DNA of 63,454 bases, counting the filler, from Phoronis australis (taxonomy: Eukaryota > Animalia > Phoronida): assembly GCA_002633005.1 (NCBI GenBank). It is 8 parts of 8 records of this genome, joined end to end, with 100 filler letters (N's around TTAATTAATTAA, not from the genome) between each part and the next. Parts side by side here need not be neighbours in the genome. Positions count along the whole stretch, not along the records: positions 1 to 14,625 come from NMRA01000496.1; positions 14,726 to 20,400 come from NMRA01001658.1; positions 20,501 to 25,630 come from NMRA01002415.1; 5 more parts are not named here. The stretch is one strand, 5' to 3'. The notes under the pieces are model-generated. The model was not told where the DNA came from and did no database searches. It saw only the letters and a program-made list of their open reading frames with translations. The position numbers and the translations under genes are program-made. Positions 11,671 through 24,200 of this stretch are shown in pieces. Position 1 is the stretch's first letter. Each line of letters starts with the position of its first letter.

Positions 11671-11807
11671 GTAAGACATGTCAATGTTGTCTCGTGACCA
11701 CAAACTTTATACCTTGGTATTAATGACCTGTTCTTTCCAATAGGCGAAGTTGTGACACAAATGAGTAGCATGACTACATGTATCCAATGTTTGCTGTGCA
11801 TTTCCAA

Positions 11808-14250
11808 CACTGGTCCAATAGACCCACCTAGAATCACATCTAAGACTGGTCCAGTGGACTCACCTTCTAGAATCACTTCCCAGACTGGTCCAATGGACCC
11901 ACCTAGAATCACTTCCAAGACTAGTCCAATGGACCCACCAGGGCTCGACGCTATTAAAATCGCCAGGTCGCATTTTGCGACCTAGCCAAAATCCCAGGTC
12001 GCATTTTCAAAATCCAGCTCGCATTCGTAAATGCCAGGTCGCAAAATTTTCCCGCCATTTTTACGCGCCAAAATAGATTTTTTAGATCATCGAGAAAATG
12101 TTTAGATTATGCTCTTACCTGCAGCGTTAAATACTCACAAATTTCGGATCTCAAAATTGACTTCATTCATGCAGGTACGGCCTTACTGTTCTTCACGACC
12201 GCCATTGAAAGTCTCTAGAGCGCAAGGCAAGTTGCCGGCGTGAAAGTTGAATCAGTGCTCTCTAACTGACTTGTGCATTCGAGTAGCTAAATTTGCAATG
12301 TGAAAAGGGAGAAAATGCCCGTTGAAAAAGTATCCGGGATTTTGTTAGATCTGGTCTGCTACTGGCCGTCATCAAAGTCGTTAACGATTCAAACTAACTC
12401 GGGTAATCGCGAGTTTGCTCTTCAATACTCTCCAAGTACGGGAAAAATAGGTCAGTCGCAAAACGACACGCACGTCACTAGTGTTAACTTTCTTTCCGAG
12501 GTATAAAACAAAGCCGGGATTTGGTTTTTACATATTGTGAAAAGACGTTTTTGAAAACTGAAGTTGTGTAAAATGAAAGTGACACACAACATATAAGCTG
12601 CGTGTCAATTTTAAACCACACGCGGTCGTTTGTAGTGCGCAATGATGGGCGCTAGCTTGAACTGTGGGCGCTTAATTGGAAATTCTCAAAATTTAAGGGG
12701 GGACTTTTAATAGATCAGTGAGCGCTTATTATGAAACACTTTAAAGGTAGGGAGTAGGCTTGTGCGTGAGCATAGTCGTTAACCTCAGTGTTTGCGGTAA
12801 TAAGATATTAAAACGCTGCAATGGTAAGAAAAGTTATAATAATACGATTTTGCGAGGCAAACTCCATCTGGTAGGGGTGACTTTCTGGATATCGTTACCA
12901 CCTACATTGTACCCTTTTTAGCCACCCGGAATGATTTTTTTAACTGCCCGCTTCAGCCGGAACAAGGTTGTTTCTATAGGAGTCTGAACATTTTACGGCG
13001 ACGGTGGTTCGGGGAGCGAAAAGTTGGCGGGGGGGGGGTGTATAAAGAGAAGAATGAAAAGATCGCTAACTTCAACCACAATTTCGCATCTAGTGCCAGT
13101 TTAGTTGCAATAGCTGGCTACGGGCATAGAATACAGGGTTTAAAGAACATCGACCTCGGGAAACATCGGAACAGGATAATGTTAGTTCTGGGTTATATCG
13201 GTCCCGGGACATCGGGTCTTTTATAACCGCTGGGAATCTGAGTTCATTTTCAAATAAACCAGAGCCAAGCCGGTATACTCTTTCATTTAGGACTGTCGCT
13301 GTTCTTTGAAGTGGTGCGCACGCGTGAGTTCACGCACTTGAATCGCTGGAGTAGGGCTACACTTACGTTGGCAACAACGTGTGAAAGACAAATCATAGTT
13401 CGCGCACGTAGCCCCAGAAACAAGTGATGGGTTTGAGAATTTCTTGGCAACTGAAAGTAAAGACGTGACCGTCGTTTGGCGATTAATAAGGTTGTAATTT
13501 TCACTTTGGCTGTCTTAATACGATAAAAAGGAGAAGCACATCTCAGTCTAAGTCACGATTGTCTGCCGGGACCGCTTGAGCGCTAACGGTGCCGCGGTGC
13601 GATATCAGGGATATTGTCGTGGATATTTGGTACATGTAATAAGGACATCTTATGTGAAAAACAAACATTTTTGTCCACCACAATGTTTGGTAAGTTGATC
13701 GCTTAAGAATTAATAGAAACACCGTTGTTTTGTGAAGTTTTATCACGTGTTAAGCAGTGGCCCGAAACTTTCTTCGGCGAATCCGGGAATTTACAAAAGT
13801 GGCCGAAAGTGTTAGCCAATGAAACGCGTCAAAGATCGATTCTGCATATCCCATGTTCACGCGACTGGCTTGCTTACAAGTCATCGGGAGGGCTGTTCTC
13901 CGTTAGTGTTCTTTTGAACTTGTATTTGGCAACAACCAAACAACGGTCGGATTAACAAGAGGTGATTCGTATTTGACGGGTATCTGTTGAGAAGTGTAAA
14001 AACTCAGCTCGCATTCGTTGGAAATTCCAGGTCGCATTTTGCGACTTTATACGAGCTGACAAAAATCTCAGCTCGCATTTTCAAATTTCAGGTCGCAAAT
14101 GCGACCTGCAGCTCGTTATGTCGAGCCCTGCCCACCTAGAATCACTTCCAAGACTGGTCCAATGGACCCACCTAGAATCATTTTCAAGACTGGTCCAATG
14201 GACTCACCTTCTAGAATCACTTCCAAGACTGGTCCAATGGACCCACTTTC
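11808..14250. repeat. 36-bp minisatellite (ggtccaatggacccacctagaatcacttccaagact) split by a transposon
   Basis: Units at about 11808-11938 resume in register at 14131-14250. Confidence 0.9.
11939..14130. mobile_element. 2.2-kb non-autonomous DNA transposon, 11-bp TIR, 5-bp TSD (hAT5-like)
   Basis: CAGGGCTCGAC...GTCGAGCCCTG; CCCAC duplicated at 11934-11938 and 14131-14135; subterminal AGGTCGCA/TGCGACCT repeats at both ends; no transposase ORF. Confidence 0.9.
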
Positions 14251-14360
14251 CAGAATTTTCGGAGTCCACTTCAATTTCTAGTGGTCAGTGTTCTCCCATA
14301 TTTGAAATGCTCTGCATCATGTTTGGAAGCCATGTTTGAAAAGCCCTAGAAGCAACACAC

Positions 14361-14625
14361 TTTGCATTGTGCAGAATGATGCACTGTGTATTGTACAGAA
14401 TGATGCACTGTGTATTGTGCAGAATGATCCACTGTGTATTGTGCAGAATGTTGCACTGTGAATTGTGCAGAATGATACACTGTGTATTGTGCAGAATGAC
14501 GTATTGTGTATTGTGCAGAATGATGCACTGTGAATTGTGCAGAATGGTGCATTGTGTATTGTGCAGAATGATACACTGTGTATTGTGCAAAATGATACAC
14601 TGTGTATTGTACAGAATGATGCCTT
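14361..14625. repeat. 24-bp minisatellite (actgtgtattgtgcagaatgatgc)n running into a gap
   Basis: About 11 units; explains the repetitive ORFs on both strands. Confidence 0.95.
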
Positions 14626-14669
14626 NNNNNNNNNNNNNNNNNNNNNNNNNNNNNNNNNNNNNNNNNNNN

Positions 14670-14681
14670 TTAATTAATTAA
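14670..14681. other. Artificial six-frame-stop scaffold linker TTAATTAATTAA (also 20445, 25675, 27797, 35270, 39631, 60289)
   Basis: Identical 12-mer centred in 44N+44N seven times. Confidence 0.95.
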
Positions 14682-14754
14682 NNNNNNNNNNNNNNNNNNN
14701 NNNNNNNNNNNNNNNNNNNNNNNNNTAATCATCAATGCCGTTTTCATAGAATGG

Positions 14755-17108
14755 TAATTAATAATGCTGTCTGCCTTTTCTCCAAAATACAAAGTTTTTA
14801 TTTCGTGTTTCGCAAGCTTATTATATGTTCCAAGAGCCCCCTATTGGCAGCAGAGGCAACTGAGAACATGCAAAAAGGACGAAGTGCAGTTCGTGTAATG
14901 CTTCGTACGCAAAAACTACATTAGAGGCAAGATTTTTTATTTTAGATTATAAACAAGTTAGGAATGACCTAACAAATTATTATAAAATAAATTTCAGGAA
15001 AGGTGCGTTATGGCTGCTACAGAGTGTCAAATGTGGCCGAAAATGGCTTCAGTGAAAACCTGAAAAATAACCGTTTTTGCCTCACAATTTCAAAACGTAT
15101 AAATTTAAAAATGGATTTTGAAAGTTATGCCATTACATTATTCAGCCATTGCCCTTTCAATTCGTATTATTCATTTGTTTTGACCGTATCATACATGCTA
15201 GTAAAATGCATTCAAAGATGCCTACTTCGACGCCCAATTGTGTTGCAAAATGGAGGTACAGGTCATAAAAAGAAAAATAATGAATGAAAATTCTTAAAAA
15301 TTGAGGTTTTTCTACTTCTCAACAAATCAAACTTATGTGCTAAGTTTCAAAAAAATCGGTGATTTTGGGTATAGACTCTACCTGTTAGTTTTTATATGGA
15401 GTCACTCTTAATTACTTATAAATATACATGAATATAATCCAGATAGTGCACCAATGAGATAAGCTGCTTCGGATCCTGTGTACGCAGAGGTTTCGTCTTG
15501 TAGTTTCACTCATGCGGTGCCGAAATGTCTTTGTGTAGTTTTTTATACACGTGTATGATGAGTCCAATGAGACTTTGACCTGTAAAAGTACTGTCTGTGC
15601 GAACCAGTGACAACTCCGACTGCCAGTGTTCATAGACCTAATTCACGCCGACAGGAGGCGTGTTCCAAAACGAGGCTCGCTACGATAGCTATTTTGGCTT
15701 ATCGGCATGTTCCGCTCGAACGGCTACAAAAGCTACGGACATTCAACTATATGTATCTGCTATTCGAGGCTAATATTGTGGTATAAACCTTCACATCAGC
15801 GAACTGAAATATGGGTATACGCAATCATGCATCTCTCTACCAAATCAACAAGCTGAATTATAGGTATAAGCAATGCATCTTTATATCATATTAAGAAGCT
15901 GAGTTTAAGCGGTATAAGTAATGTACATATACATATATTATATTGGGTAGCTAATCCATATGTTTTATGTAATAATTTACCTCAAACCATGTCAACTAGC
16001 TGCTTTATACGGTTTCATTGATAATCCACCATTGAACCATATCAAAAAGGTGATTTCTGGGATATATCATACCATATCAACTGCCTGATTGATACCGCAA
16101 AAGTAATAACTCTTACTTATGCCATACCAAAGTGATGATTTATAGCAGCAGATATACTTAAGTCTAGAACCTGAATGTATCGCGGATCAAAATGACAAGA
16201 TTTCATCTTTTATTTGTTTTAAATCGTTGTTTTTCAGTAACACCTGTCATCTGGTACATGGAAATGAGCCAATTTTCCTTCTTTTTCAATTCTTTTGAAT
16301 TGTTGTTCTGAACTGTTCTGGACTCTCAGTTTGTTATTTGAACGCACCGTCCCATTAAGATGTTTCTTTTTATTGAGACGGTCGGTTTTAGCAACTTAAG
16401 CAAAGTAATTATATGGAGTAAATCTGATATTTATTAATAACGTTTTCCTCATATCAATGCATTTGGTTGACCTGCTTTAATTACCGAAACTGTCTAATGA
16501 AGACTTCCTTTAACATAACTCCACCGCTGCGATCAGGATTAAATGAAAGTTGAGAATTTCTGGGATCTCATTATTTCACGCAAAGTCGACAAATTTCAGT
16601 TTAAATCTGACCCCCGAAATTGTACTGTATGGAGTTTTAATGTAACCAACCAACCTTGTGTGTGCAAAATGTGCGAGTTCTTTGACACAATCCAGTAGAT
16701 TTCAATGTTATGGCCAACCTTACCGAGTTGTGCGCTGGCGGCCTTATATGTACAGTTATTTATTTCTCACCGTTTAATAACAGTATATTTGTATAATCAA
16801 ACTAGTGTCACAACTGCTGGCTGTCACTCTGAAGCAAGACTCCCATAATAGTATAAGTCTAAATTGATGTTATCACGGCCAATATTACAACAGGAAGCAT
16901 CATCACAGGAAATAGCTGGCACATGTAACACCGGAAATAACTTGAGGATACGAAAGTAATCTCTGAAAAAACGTGAGAGGGCATCCTTTTGCATGTTCTC
17001 AGTTGCCTCAGGCTGCCAATAGGGGGCTCTTGGAACATATAATTAGCTTGCAAAACACGATATAAAAACTTTGTATTTTGGAGAAAAGGCAGACAGCATT
17101 ATTAATTA
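14755..17108. mobile_element. Non-autonomous element bounded by approx. 125-bp inverted repeats
   Basis: 14755-14880 (taattaataatgctgtctgccttttctcc...gagaacatgcaaaa) is the near-exact reverse complement of 16984-17108. Confidence 0.75.
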
Positions 17109-17109
17109 A

Positions 17110-18636
17110 TTATTTGTAAGAACTTACCGTCTCCTACATTGAAGGATTTCCACACGCGAATTCCTTGGGTGGAATAGTGGGAATTTAGGAATGTGCTTAT
17201 ACAAGGAACTGAGTATTTTGGAAAAGACTTTGTTGCATTGACTGCACATGCATACACATAACCTTCCTTCACACGGCCACTGGAAAGTAGCTGCTTTTTT
17301 CAAATCCAGAAACTTTACGATATTGTTACTTTCGGCTACAAAGTACTTTGCATGTTGTTTTAGTGGAGCGATCTTGCGATCACAGAGATTCTTTCCATTC
17401 TGACTTTCACTAAAGTCATATCTCGAAACAGAAATGCCTGTAGAATTTGACAAGGCTGCTACGTTCAGGAGGAGAGGAGCAGAGTAGTAACATCCAGCAT
17501 TACCTGACTCTGCCATAAATGGTGCTGTTCGGTCAAAAATTCACCGACTCTGGGTAGTACGAGTCCGTACTCTGGCAAAGGCCTTGCTTTGTGAGGTAGT
17601 TTCCTCTATCTCAAATGTTCAGTGGTGTCTTGGACATTAAAGCACAAAGCTTTTGTGATGTTTTGCCGAATAAACTCTAAAGGAACATGAAGGCCCATCG
17701 ACATCGTCCGCCATTTTGTCTTCTTAAAATGCACTTGCTTCTCTCAAAACCAGTCATTACAAATATCAGTTTTTACTCGTTTAATCTTAAAGGCATTTAT
17801 TTCCATTTCAAAGCTCTACAGAGTGTTTAAATTAACCTGATTATGTAAAAGAAATGAAAGAATACAAGAGGGTTTCACGTACATTTTTATATATCCTCAA
17901 GCGTAACCTCAACTGACTCCCTCAGTTGGCAAAGGTCATCGGGTTCAGTTTTGATATTAGCCGCGTAATAAACCCGAAAACCATTTTATTTCATTTGAAA
18001 GAGGTTAGACTTGGTTTCTATAGCTATTTAAAGCAGACTTCTTGCCTTGAAGTTTGTTCAAATGGTCTGTAAACTCTGCTCGTCATTTCCAAACGATGAA
18101 AATAGAAAGTTTTGAAGACAATTTTCACTAAAGTGCAAATTTGAGGCAAGATTTTTTGTTGCTCAGTCATCAAGACTAACTCTTTAACTGTATGTTCAAA
18201 ACGTCACATAAGGCTACAAGGTGTTTTGTGGCAGTAAGAAGGTAAAAATGGCCACTAAAATTAGCCCCAAAAAGTGGTCTGTAGATTATCTCCCCTGTCT
18301 AGCACAAAACTTTTAGATTTTAATAAATGACACAGAAATATGCACAGCATACGTTGGTTATTTCTGCCACTAAAATATAACTTTTGATCTATTTTGTATG
18401 TTACTCATTTTTGTTGCTGAAAACATGCGATTTTTGAGACGGCTAATATACCCAATTGTGCCAATTTGTGTTATCATGCTCCAGCGGCGAAATTAGGGGT
18501 CATTGAGTGCACAAAATTTGGCATTTGTGTTTTTGTTAGGGTACCTACCCACGTACAAAAAATGAAATTGTTTTAAATGTTGACGTATAGACTGATTTTT
18601 GAAAACCTACTGGTTTTTATATGGACTGCCTCTTAA
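17110..18636 (-). mobile_element. Sola3-like transposon remnant
   Basis: Ends ...gtttttatatggactgcCTC|TTAA (18633-18636); a related end ...gtttttatatggagtcaCTC|TTAA at 15407; carries the transposase fragment. Confidence 0.55.
17124..17516 (-). pseudogene. DDD transposase fragment, Sola3-like
   Basis: SGNAGCYY...RYDFSESQNGKNLCDRKIAPLK resembles the recalled SDNAGCYH...DFSEPQ.GK..CDR motif, with the catalytic D replaced by G and the frame degrading distally. A GAG/TTAA terminus lies upstream at 18632. Confidence 0.6.
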
Positions 18637-20500
18637 CATGCATGAATTGTTGGACACACTTAGTGTTCGCCTAGAAGTTGGACACACTTAGTGTTCGCCT
18701 AGAAGTTGAACTTAAGCCAATTCATCACACTTACACAACCATTTACGTTTGGCACATTCCCCAAGAAGTTGAATTTTGAGAGACCCCTCCTTCGGGTGAC
18801 ATGTCCCTCTTGTTTGACATGCCCCGTTAGCGGGTGAATTATTCATTTGTGACCAACGTTATTTGGTGGCTGGTTCTGAATATGTTATGATTGTTTTGTA
18901 ATTTTGACCTTAAGAAAGAATAACAGTACTAATTGCAAACGTGTAAAAATCCTATATACATTGTATTACTAAAAAAGGATTTTGAGGGTACCCTGCGCTG
19001 TTACTGCCTATAATAGGTACCTATAATATCTGCAATGTCTCGTACGCTGATACTGTCTCTAAGTAAATGTGATTGAGACCTGGCGTGTGTTATTTCTGCA
19101 TAATTTATTCAAAAAGTTAGTGATAGATTTTTATGATTTTTTTCAATTCGAAACCGGACCACAAGTGCACCAATCGACATTGCTTTCCGATATTTGCTGC
19201 CAATCTTCTTGGGCAAGGTCCCAAGCCATACCATAAAGCATGTTCGCTGTACTTGCATTGCAAAGTTGCTGGCAGCGCCACGAAGCGGGAGTTCGTATAA
19301 CGATCATTTTCCGCAAAGTTGATATTTGATCGTGCACACATTACCCCGCCCTGCCTCTGCCATTTTACATGCCAGTCTTGCATTTAAGCCAAACAGTCCT
19401 TTAAGGGCAGCTCTCTGTTCCAACAAGTTGTACCATTAACTGGTTTTATAAAATATAATATTGCATTATTAAAACCAGTTTCTTTATAAATTACAACAAG
19501 TAAGTTGTGTGCATGAACAATGACTCGCTTTTCCTCCTGAGACTGACAAAAACCCAAACACATTATTTGCTGTTTTTATTTTGAAAACATGTTTTGTTAG
19601 GATAGGATGAGGAAACAAAACGCGTCCTTTTAAAATTAAGTTATAACGGCATAGACTTTTATAACACCCTTCCCAGTTTCCAATGGGTTAATTGGTATCC
19701 TAGCAATGGCGAACAAATCTTGAGATTTATTAATGAAACTTGAGATGTAGTATCAGTCAGACAAAAGCACTTTTAGCATATTTAATGTAAAATCAACTTG
19801 CATCCATGTTCAAGTACACCCCAACAAATTCACTAGGTCGTGAGAATAATCACAATATCTGGGATTGGGATAACCAGGAAAGTCTTCAAGAAAGCCTGTA
19901 ACTTGTACATTTTAAAGGAACTTATGATGGGTGTTATTATATTAAATCCGGCTGTTGTTTTTTACCAAATCGATCTACTAAGTTACTTCTTGAATTTAAA
20001 CTGACCCGGTTCGTCAGGGACTGTAAAAATTTCGAACCAGAGTACGTCATGATTATACTCATTAAGAAATTCAAATCTAAATAAAGCGCTGCAGGTGCAT
20101 TTCGCCTAAAAAATTTACGAATCATTGGCTATTTGACCTTGGCAGGCTTATAGCTAAATGGTGTTACAGAGCAATTTGGATAATTACAACTTCCGACAAC
20201 ACTGTCCGCTTTTTGTAACTGAACATGAAGCGACAACAAAGCCAGATAATACAGTACTGTAAATTTAAAACAAGTCACTAGACATGCTATGCCATACATG
20301 TGTGTTATGTCCCATAGTGCAGTAGAATCAACCAGTTTTCAAACAAGTAACAGAGACCTACTTTATAAACAAAGGATGTGAAGCTATGAAAACAAGTGTA
20401 NNNNNNNNNNNNNNNNNNNNNNNNNNNNNNNNNNNNNNNNNNNNTTAATTAATTAANNNNNNNNNNNNNNNNNNNNNNNNNNNNNNNNNNNNNNNNNNNN

Positions 20501-20784
20501 CGCTAGCGTGTCAAAAGTGCCACGTTTTTGCCACATTTGGGCACGCCACGTTCGACACGCTATCGCCACGTTTTACACGCTTATCGCCACGTTTGACACG
20601 CTAAGGGTGTCGAACGTGGAGTATTGGAACGAAAATTACACGTTTTTGACACGTTCTTGACACGTTTGACACGCTATATTTTACACGTTTGACACGCCAC
20701 GTTTTACACGTTCGGCACGCTTTTAGGGCGTTCAAATACTCCACGTTTTTAGAGCTTGTCAAACGTGTCAAATTCTCACCCGGG
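20501..20784. mobile_element. Transposon end with dense subterminal ACACG/CCACG repeats, ending CCCGGG (EnSpm/CACTA-like)
   Basis: Many (T)TGACACG motifs in both orientations, terminating ...tcacccggg; the other end is lost in the gap. Confidence 0.45.
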
Positions 20785-20956
20785 AGGGGATGCAGTGTGT
20801 TTTGCTAGTATTGACACCATGTTCCCGTGTATCCATACAACTCTTTATACTTTCTATTCTCTATTTAATTATTTCCAAGAAACTTTGCAAGCATGGATTG
20901 TGTGACTTGCGCTTGTACCGCGGCAAGCCACCAAAACTCTTTTTTTTTCTCTGCAG

Positions 20957-21280
20957 CTGGACCATACGACATGTCCATTCAAAGCGACGACCCCGTGTCA
21001 CGTGTTGTTAACGGCAAGGTAATCGTTAACAACGGTACAAAGGCAACCATTCGCTGCCAGGGAAAAATAAACCCAGGCGGACGGGCAAATTTTTCGTCCA
21101 ATTTTGCTATTTCAACAGCACCAGCGGTCATCGCACGACGAGACGGAGGGACATATATAGAAAAGGTGTTGTCATTCACGAGGTACATGAACCATGCTAA
21201 CGAAGTTTTCACGTGTTCTGCGGCGAACAGTCGAGAGCCTTCCCTCACGGCTTCGGTTTCGGCGACTCTAAAAGTTGTGG
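20957..21280 (+). CDS. Single Ig-like domain exon (phase 1-1)
   Basis: Long polypyrimidine tract plus ctgcag; G|gtaata donor; 324 nt; GP....I...V.VNNGTKATIRCQGKINP...EVFTCSAANS...SVSATLKVV has the Ig B- and F-strand cysteines. The C-strand Trp is absent. Confidence 0.8.
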
Positions 21281-24200
21281 GTAATAAGTTACAGTAAACG
21301 TTCTACACCATCATCCATAGTTAATCAAAGGGCTTTCATATAATTTTAATTATGGCATTTAAGTATTTGCCTATACTGTAAATGTGTAAAATTGTGAAGG
21401 TAACCAAATTTATTATTCGGTTACAATTACTGCCACAGCATACTCTAGAACTTCAGCGTGCCTTAAATTGTAGATGCCAAGTCCAAATTGGTGGTATACA
21501 ATGTATGACATGGTAACCTGACGTATATACATGCCAAACTCCCGCAGAGAGAAAATGATGAAATGTGAAACTGGATAACAAATCTTGACATTTCTCCGCT
21601 TAGTCTTTCTCTGACAACTTAACGTTATATTCACATAAGATAGATAAAAACTCTACTGGTTTGCTAGTTGCAGTTCGTTACTGCTTGAGAGAAATCGATC
21701 TCTTGAAGTCCATTGGACCATGTTGGTCATTTGGACTGTCTGTTTTCCCTACCTCAGGGTCTAGAATCTAATCTTCGTACTCAAAAGTGATTTCCAATTT
21801 TTTCACAATTCCCGTTGTACTTTTGAGTGGAATCCACGTTATAGTCCGGGAGCCGGGGGGGGGGGGGGGGNGGGGTTAACATGGTTTTGTCGGATAAAGT
21901 TTTTCTTTGCTGTTTCATTTAGCCTATGGTTAAGTAACCATGATTTAGGGGGTTGACCGTTCGCAGCCCTTGAGCATTTTTTAAATATGCAAATTAAGTA
22001 CTAGTCCACGAGAGCACCAGCCATTCAGCGGCAAGGTGAGGGTCAACCAATTTTTACCAAATTTGGCATATTGGTAGTCCTATAGGATCTAAAAACATTG
22101 GTAAATTATTCCTCTAAATATTACGTTTTACCAAAGTTATAGGCTCATACACATTTTACGGCTTCGCAGCCATGTTTTCACGATACAAAACCTGCCCAGG
22201 TTTAACTGTTTATATTTTTCCTTGAATGAAAGCTATTGCACTATTATTCACTTGACATTGTTTAGTGGTGCCTAAAGATTTTTACACAGATGTCTTGAAA
22301 AAAGATTAATCCCACTTACCACCCTCATTTACTATTTTCACTACACTGCCCCGTGTTATGCCATTCTGAGGTTATGTTCAGTACCCTGCTGTACCAAACC
22401 TGCCCCCACTGCTATGAGGATGAAACTTTGCCAAAGTGTTGACAAAACATGTTACTTTCATTGCATAAAATAAAAACTTTGTCAGCCTGTTGATTAGTTA
22501 TACATTTTGGCACTTCAAATGTACTAAAATGAGAAATTTTCAAATATCTGAGATCGATGCGTGAGCACGGAAAATCAGATTGTCCTTCAAGTTTTATCGA
22601 TATTTTGCAACCAATTTGTTCCTCCTGAGTGTTTTGAATGTTTTTCTACTTACCACCTAGGGCTATAGTACTCCTAGATACCATAAATGGCTCCATTTTG
22701 TAAAAAGCCGATTATATCCTCCACAGGATTAGACATGAACTCGACAAATGTAGGTTATTTTGATTTACTTTGCAATTTTCTCATGGGTATTTCTTCAAAC
22801 ATATTCAAGTCAGATTTTCTGTTGATCAAATGTTCATACAATGCATTGTAATATCAAATGGATGATAAGTTTGGTGGCATCACCACTGTTTTTCCCACGA
22901 CTTAAAACAAAAGACCGCAGAAATTTTCCTGACGGAATACCGGGATTGCATTTCTCTATAAAACATTCGAATGACCATGCGCGCACCCATATTAACTTTT
23001 TGTCAGTATTTCATCCATAAATGCTCTAGAAGCCAGATTATTCATAAATATTCACAATTTCAATGTTTCTTGTATAATTACTGTAAAGTAAGGAATATAC
23101 AACCCCGCAAAACTGCCTTTTGGGAAACCATCAATGCCTATTTATTTTAGACTAACCGTAAATTTCTGTAATTTAGATATGTGTGTGTGTGTGTGCGTGT
23201 GTGTGTGCCTGTGTTTCATTTGCAAAGATCTTATTGTTTGTAAATATCAGTGTATTTAGAAATAAAATGATTTAAAAAAGAAGAAAAAAATAATGCGCGC
23301 ACCAAGGGAGGGGGGGGGGTCGAGCCCCCCCCGTTGGCGAAATGGGCAAAAAGGTCCGCCTCTAAGAAACAAGAAGTCTGAGAAAATGAGACAATAGTAC
23401 ACTAAACAAGCATAAACGCGCAATTCACAGTGGTGTCACCTTTGTTTTAGTCCGCCGGTTTTTTGTTACCAATAGGTTCACAAGCCCCCAATATTGAGGG
23501 TTGGGTGCGCGCATGCGAATTACAAGACAATTTCGTAGGATTACAGTTGTACATACATACTAGACCAGTACCAAAATTACCCATGGGAACCATAAAATGG
23601 CCAATTTGCCAAAAATCAAAGAAGCCGCCAGAGCTAATGTGCCAATACTTTTCAGTACTGCAACAAAAACTCATTTGAAGTGGACATAAACTCGCCTAAA
23701 GTCACATAAATAACTCCTTGATTTAGACGTTTTACCATCATGAAATAGGAATTATTTCCAGGTGACTTTTGAGCAATTTCGGAATTTTGAAAGATCTGGC
23801 AATATGCAATTGCTAGAGACCAGTCTAATAGTGTTTGATTTTGTACATACACCATGGTCTCGAGAAATAGCAAACTGTCAATTCCCTGCAGTTCTAGAAT
23901 TCACTTCCCATCTGGATAAGGAACAACTTGAGCAAAGTTTATAGAGGTAAATAGTCTAAATCAAAAATTTACCTCCTGGACAGAATGTGGGTTTACAACC
24001 CAGGCAGAAAGATAAGTGAACAAAGCCAGCCTAACTGCAACAGGGGTTCAAAAGGGTTGAAATCATCTAAATGTGATGGCCACACTGAGAAATCCTGTCA
24101 AACCAAAAAATCCGGTGGCTAAACAAAAAGAACAATCACGTACCATTACCATGTGGATATACCAACTTAATCCACTGGACCGGGATCATGATTGGTGCAT

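Noticed and set aside
11643-11985. GPMDPPRITSKT repeat ORFs (also 14099-14339)
   Set aside because: Intronic 36-bp minisatellite interrupted by a transposon; no splice signals.
14285-14681. Repetitive Cys/His-rich ORFs
   Set aside because: Translations of a 24-bp minisatellite.
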